In this document: positions 60,366 through 64,000 of the stretch, in pieces
How positions within the stretch are numbered: the stretch's first letter is position 1
Layout of the letters: every line of letters begins with the position of its first letter
DNA from: Callorhinchus milii
Lineage: Eukaryota
DNA length: 64,000 nt
Assembly: GCF_018977255.1 (NCBI RefSeq)
Contig: NW_024704742.1
Coordinates: 54,376,001 to 54,440,000, forward strand
Direction: 5' to 3'
Notes under the pieces: model-generated
The model's input: only the letters and a program-made list of their open reading frames with translations
Told to the model about the DNA's origin: nothing
The model's database searches: none
Position numbers and translations under genes: made by a program

Positions 60366-61954
60366 CACTCTTAGTCTATTATTTTTTTTATACTACAGGT
60401 ACATAGAAAAGTTAGGCTTAATTATTGCACCTCATTACAATTTTCTGTTAATATAACAAAAGTACATACCAAGGTCTTCAGGAAGAGGGTAGAGGAGAAT
60501 ATAAGGATGATAGTGGATTTTGTGATACCTTTCAATTCAATTTTCTTTCATGTTTATTTTAGAATGAAACATACTTGGCGCCTCCAAAGCCACATTCTCA
60601 CTGCCCTATTTTATCCTAATTTGTGTCACAAATTGAAGTGGCTAAGCATCAAATTAACAACAAAATAAATAATGTCAGATGTCATTGGCTGTAATAATAG
60701 ACCTGAAAGTGGAAGATCGATATCACATTCAACTCTATACTTTAAGTATTATTAAGTGTGCGAAAATGTGACTGGTTGTCTGCACGCAAATCTCTTGAGT
60801 ATAAACCTACGGAAATCTATTTTTATTACACGTGAAATAGCAGAAGGAAAAATCCATTTCCTACTCCTCTGCTAATGGTCAATTTGGAAAACAAAATCTA
60901 TTGGGAAATCTTGCACAGGAATGATTAAAAATCAATACATTTTTTTTAATTGTGTTTTGAAAGTCTTTCTACATATTCTATTCTAGTTATCCTGCATGTG
61001 TTGCCCAGATACATTATCTGTAATTGTCTCCTAAAAGACAACAGTTAAATTATTAAAATAAGACTTTCACGGGAATTAAAGCTTCCAGGGAGCTGATGCA
61101 TCAAACTTTGTTTCTCAGCATTCTATCTGATAGGTGTCTGCATTCAAAGAAGTGTTCGTTCAAGAAGATTAATAATTAAACTATGCTACTCAGTCTCTCT
61201 TTTTCCTCTAGGAAACATTTTAATATGCAAGGTTTTGGAAATCTTTCAGAAACCAGTTCAAATGTGACAACAGCAAATGAACATGCCAACTTGTAAATCT
61301 TATGGAAAAGTGCCTAAATTATTTATAGCGATATTTTTGTTTTCTCTTCATATTAATGTATTTTGCCTATTTGACTTCATAGAGTCTGAAGGCTTTTAAA
61401 TCCCAAGCCTGGCTTTACTTAACTATTACTTCTAGATCTGTCATATCCTCTTCTCTCCTGTTCTCGTCATCCTGTACTATGGTCTGTGTCTTCTGATAAG
61501 AAAATAAACAATTCAGAGGTTTCAGAGTATTCCTGTGGCTCCAAGTAGATTTACTGCTTTTGACTGATTACTATTACTGTGTACAAACATAACCATTGAT
61601 AATGAATTATAAAGCAGGTCACAACACGTTCAACGTATCCAAAGCTCCTCATTAATTTATGCATAAATGTAAACGTATTAGCCAGCTGAACAGTTGTGTC
61701 TGTATGATTTTAGAGATTTTCTGCTGAGACGTTACTTGCTATATTTAGTAAATGTCCAACAAAGCATTTAAATATCATTGAGGTAACAGACTAATGTTTT
61801 TTTTAAATACTTGGGATATTTTGCAGTAAGTTTTTTCAGTAAGAAGGGGTTTAGGCACTGTAGCCGGGGATTCTTTCCCCTGACTCCAAGCTACAGTACT
61901 GCATACAGTTCTGGTCATAATTTTCCAAAGCTCTCAATATTCAGGAACTGTGCC

Positions 61955-62135
61955 CTTGGATTGGAAAATTGCAAATGTCACTCCATTATTTAAGAAAGGA
62001 GGGTGGGAGAAACCAGGTAACTACAGACCTGTCACTTAACTTCAGTTGTGGGAAAGTTACTGGAATCTCTCATCAGGGACAGAGTGATTGACAACTTGGA
62101 AAAGTATGAGCTAATCAAAGAGAGTCAGTATGGAA
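61955..62135 (+). mobile_element. CR1 RT N-terminal fragment
   Basis: DWKIANVTPLFKKGGWEKPGNYRPV/LTSVVGKLLESLIRD..LEKYELIKESQYG. Confidence 0.9.
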
Positions 62136-62529
62136 TGAATCAAATTACATTTTTTTGATTTTTGTTACCGATGAGCAATTGTGAACAATTAACAAATAGT
62201 TCTACAACTGTTTCCAGATTGCGTGGTTAGGATGAAATATTTGTTATTTAAAGTTTTTATTTGATAATTTGCCGGACAATGCTAAAATAATAAATTAATC
62301 ATTCTAGGATCTGAAGGCAGCTTATGTCTTATAATTGGAGTACAGGGATACCGATATACAGATGATTTTTCATAATATAGCTTTTTAAACTAAAGCGAAA
62401 AATTTAATTAACATGCTCCTGATCTCTATTTTTTGAAACAATAACCATGTCAGAGTTGCACAAGGCAGTAATTGAGTCACTAATCATGGGCCCTAAAATT
62501 GTTTTATTAATAATAATAGTGCTTCTAAT

Positions 62530-62812
62530 AATGATAATGCTTGCAATTGATATTGTTCCTTTCACATAAGAGAATGTGTCAAAGGATGTTTACTGTAAAG
62601 TGTAGTGACTGTATATTTTGTAGGTGATTGCAGCATCCGATTTGCACACAGCAATGTCCCACAAACAGCCATGAAGTGAATGATCAATTTTATCTGGAGG
62701 ATTGTTGCCCAGAACAACAGAGAAACTATTTTCTCTTGTCAATTAGTGCTTTGGGATGTCCCTGAACAGGCAGATGGGACCTCAGTTTAAAGTCTCATCC
62801 AAAGAACCGACA
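62530..62812 (-). mobile_element. Deu-domain SINE fragment, followed by a short + strand L2 tail (62818-62882)
   Basis: GCAATGTCCCACAAACAGCCATGAAGTGAATGATC..CCTGAACAGGCAGATGGGACCTCAGTTTAAAGTCTCATCC. Confidence 0.82.
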
Positions 62813-64000
62813 CTAATGATGCTCCGAGATGCTACCCCGCGTGAAGTGCGCTATATAAATTCAAGTTGTTGTTATTGTTGTAATGGGTTGCTGTGGTTAT
62901 ATTGCCAACTCAGGTTGCTGTTGTTGTAATGGTGGCAGAGCTCTGCCCATGAGGACTCAAAGCATGCACAGAGCTGTGCTCATTCACGAATCTTCCACTC
63001 ATTTATGTGCTTCAATTGAGAGTTTTACCATTTAAAAATTACTGATAGGAGTCCCAAGGCAGTATATCTTTCCAGTCAGTAAATACAACAGGCAGTGATA
63101 CAGCAGTCCACCTGTTTCAATCTTTTTTAAAAATAAAATAATTAAATTCAGACTTCAAGCTGACTGCATTTACATTACCATCAGAGGAAAGTCAAGTGAT
63201 GCAAGATCATCACTTAGAGACAGTATCAATTTTACTGAGGCCAGATTATTCTTACTATATGTATGTTACAGAAATTAGGAACTGATAAACTTCAAGTCTC
63301 AGCATGGCAACAGAAACAAATATATGGCAAAAAGACAACACAATGCTGAGGTTGAGAGGCAAGGTACTCAATTAAACTGCAGATCCCATTTATTGGTGTG
63401 GCCATGCAAGCAAAAGCTAATCTTATTGGGAGTCTGGCACGTGCTGATCAAATCATAGCTTGCACAGCTAGGTTCAACCTTCCTGTTCGGGTTTTGGCTT
63501 GCAAGGTTAAGATGAGCCAAGAAAAATGCAAGAATTATTGTAGATAGGAAGATCCTCTTGGGAGTTAAAGTGCTCCTTATGGTCACTTTTAAGGTTTCAG
63601 TGATAATAGCAAAACATTGGTGGTCTGCAGTGATCTTAAGAGACGTTAGGCCAACTAGTTAGGCTGAAATGAAGAGGAGGGGAGCTTTTTTAGTGAGGAT
63701 TGGTAATAATTACCACTATTACCCTATTGTTCTCTGTCGGCCCATCAATGTTTCATTTCGTATCATTTCGTGACATTATTACTGAACTGCAGTATGTTGC
63801 ACACCACTTTCATTTGTGAAACGCCCACAGTTTCTGAAAAGTTCTACCACATTTGTTATCTTTATCCTCTGGGGCCTGCTTTGATTAATATATTCATAGT
63901 GAAGATGTTTTGGGCTTGTGCTAGCAGAAATATATAAATTATTTTCTCCATAAACATATTGAGACAATATATTTGCAACACATCATATAGCAAAATTAAA

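Overview
Repeat-rich, AT-rich vertebrate genomic DNA. The repeat repertoire (L2 and CR1 LINEs, Deu-domain SINEs, a tRNA-headed SINE with a (TTA)n tail, a Penelope-like element) suggests a cartilaginous fish, plausibly a chimaera such as Callorhinchus; this is inference from recalled repeat families. I found no host exon, intact CDS, true tRNA/rRNA gene or CRISPR array, so the window looks like a large intron or intergenic region. All recognisable ORFs are transposon fossils or low-complexity artefacts. Main content: (1) many L2 fragments with at least four 3'-UTR types, including a nested, near full-length complex at 35.3-39.6 kb; (2) about 15 copies of a young tRNA(Ala-UGC)-like SINE that shares its 3' stem-loop with L2; (3) older Deu-domain SINEs and CR1 relics; (4) a decayed hAT (Charlie/SPIN/GTF2IRD2-like) transposon with one TIR at 31.3-33.7 kb; (5) an inverted Penelope-like element at 56.0-56.7 kb carrying a minimal hammerhead-ribozyme core; (6) a 30-bp x22 minisatellite at 44.5-45.1 kb. 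I cannot support a wholly new biological system. The best leads are the hammerhead motif, a recurring pattern of locally templated DNA at SINE 5' junctions, and an apparent switch of the SINE tail loop to match the youngest L2. Boundaries of old repeats are approximate (tens of bp).
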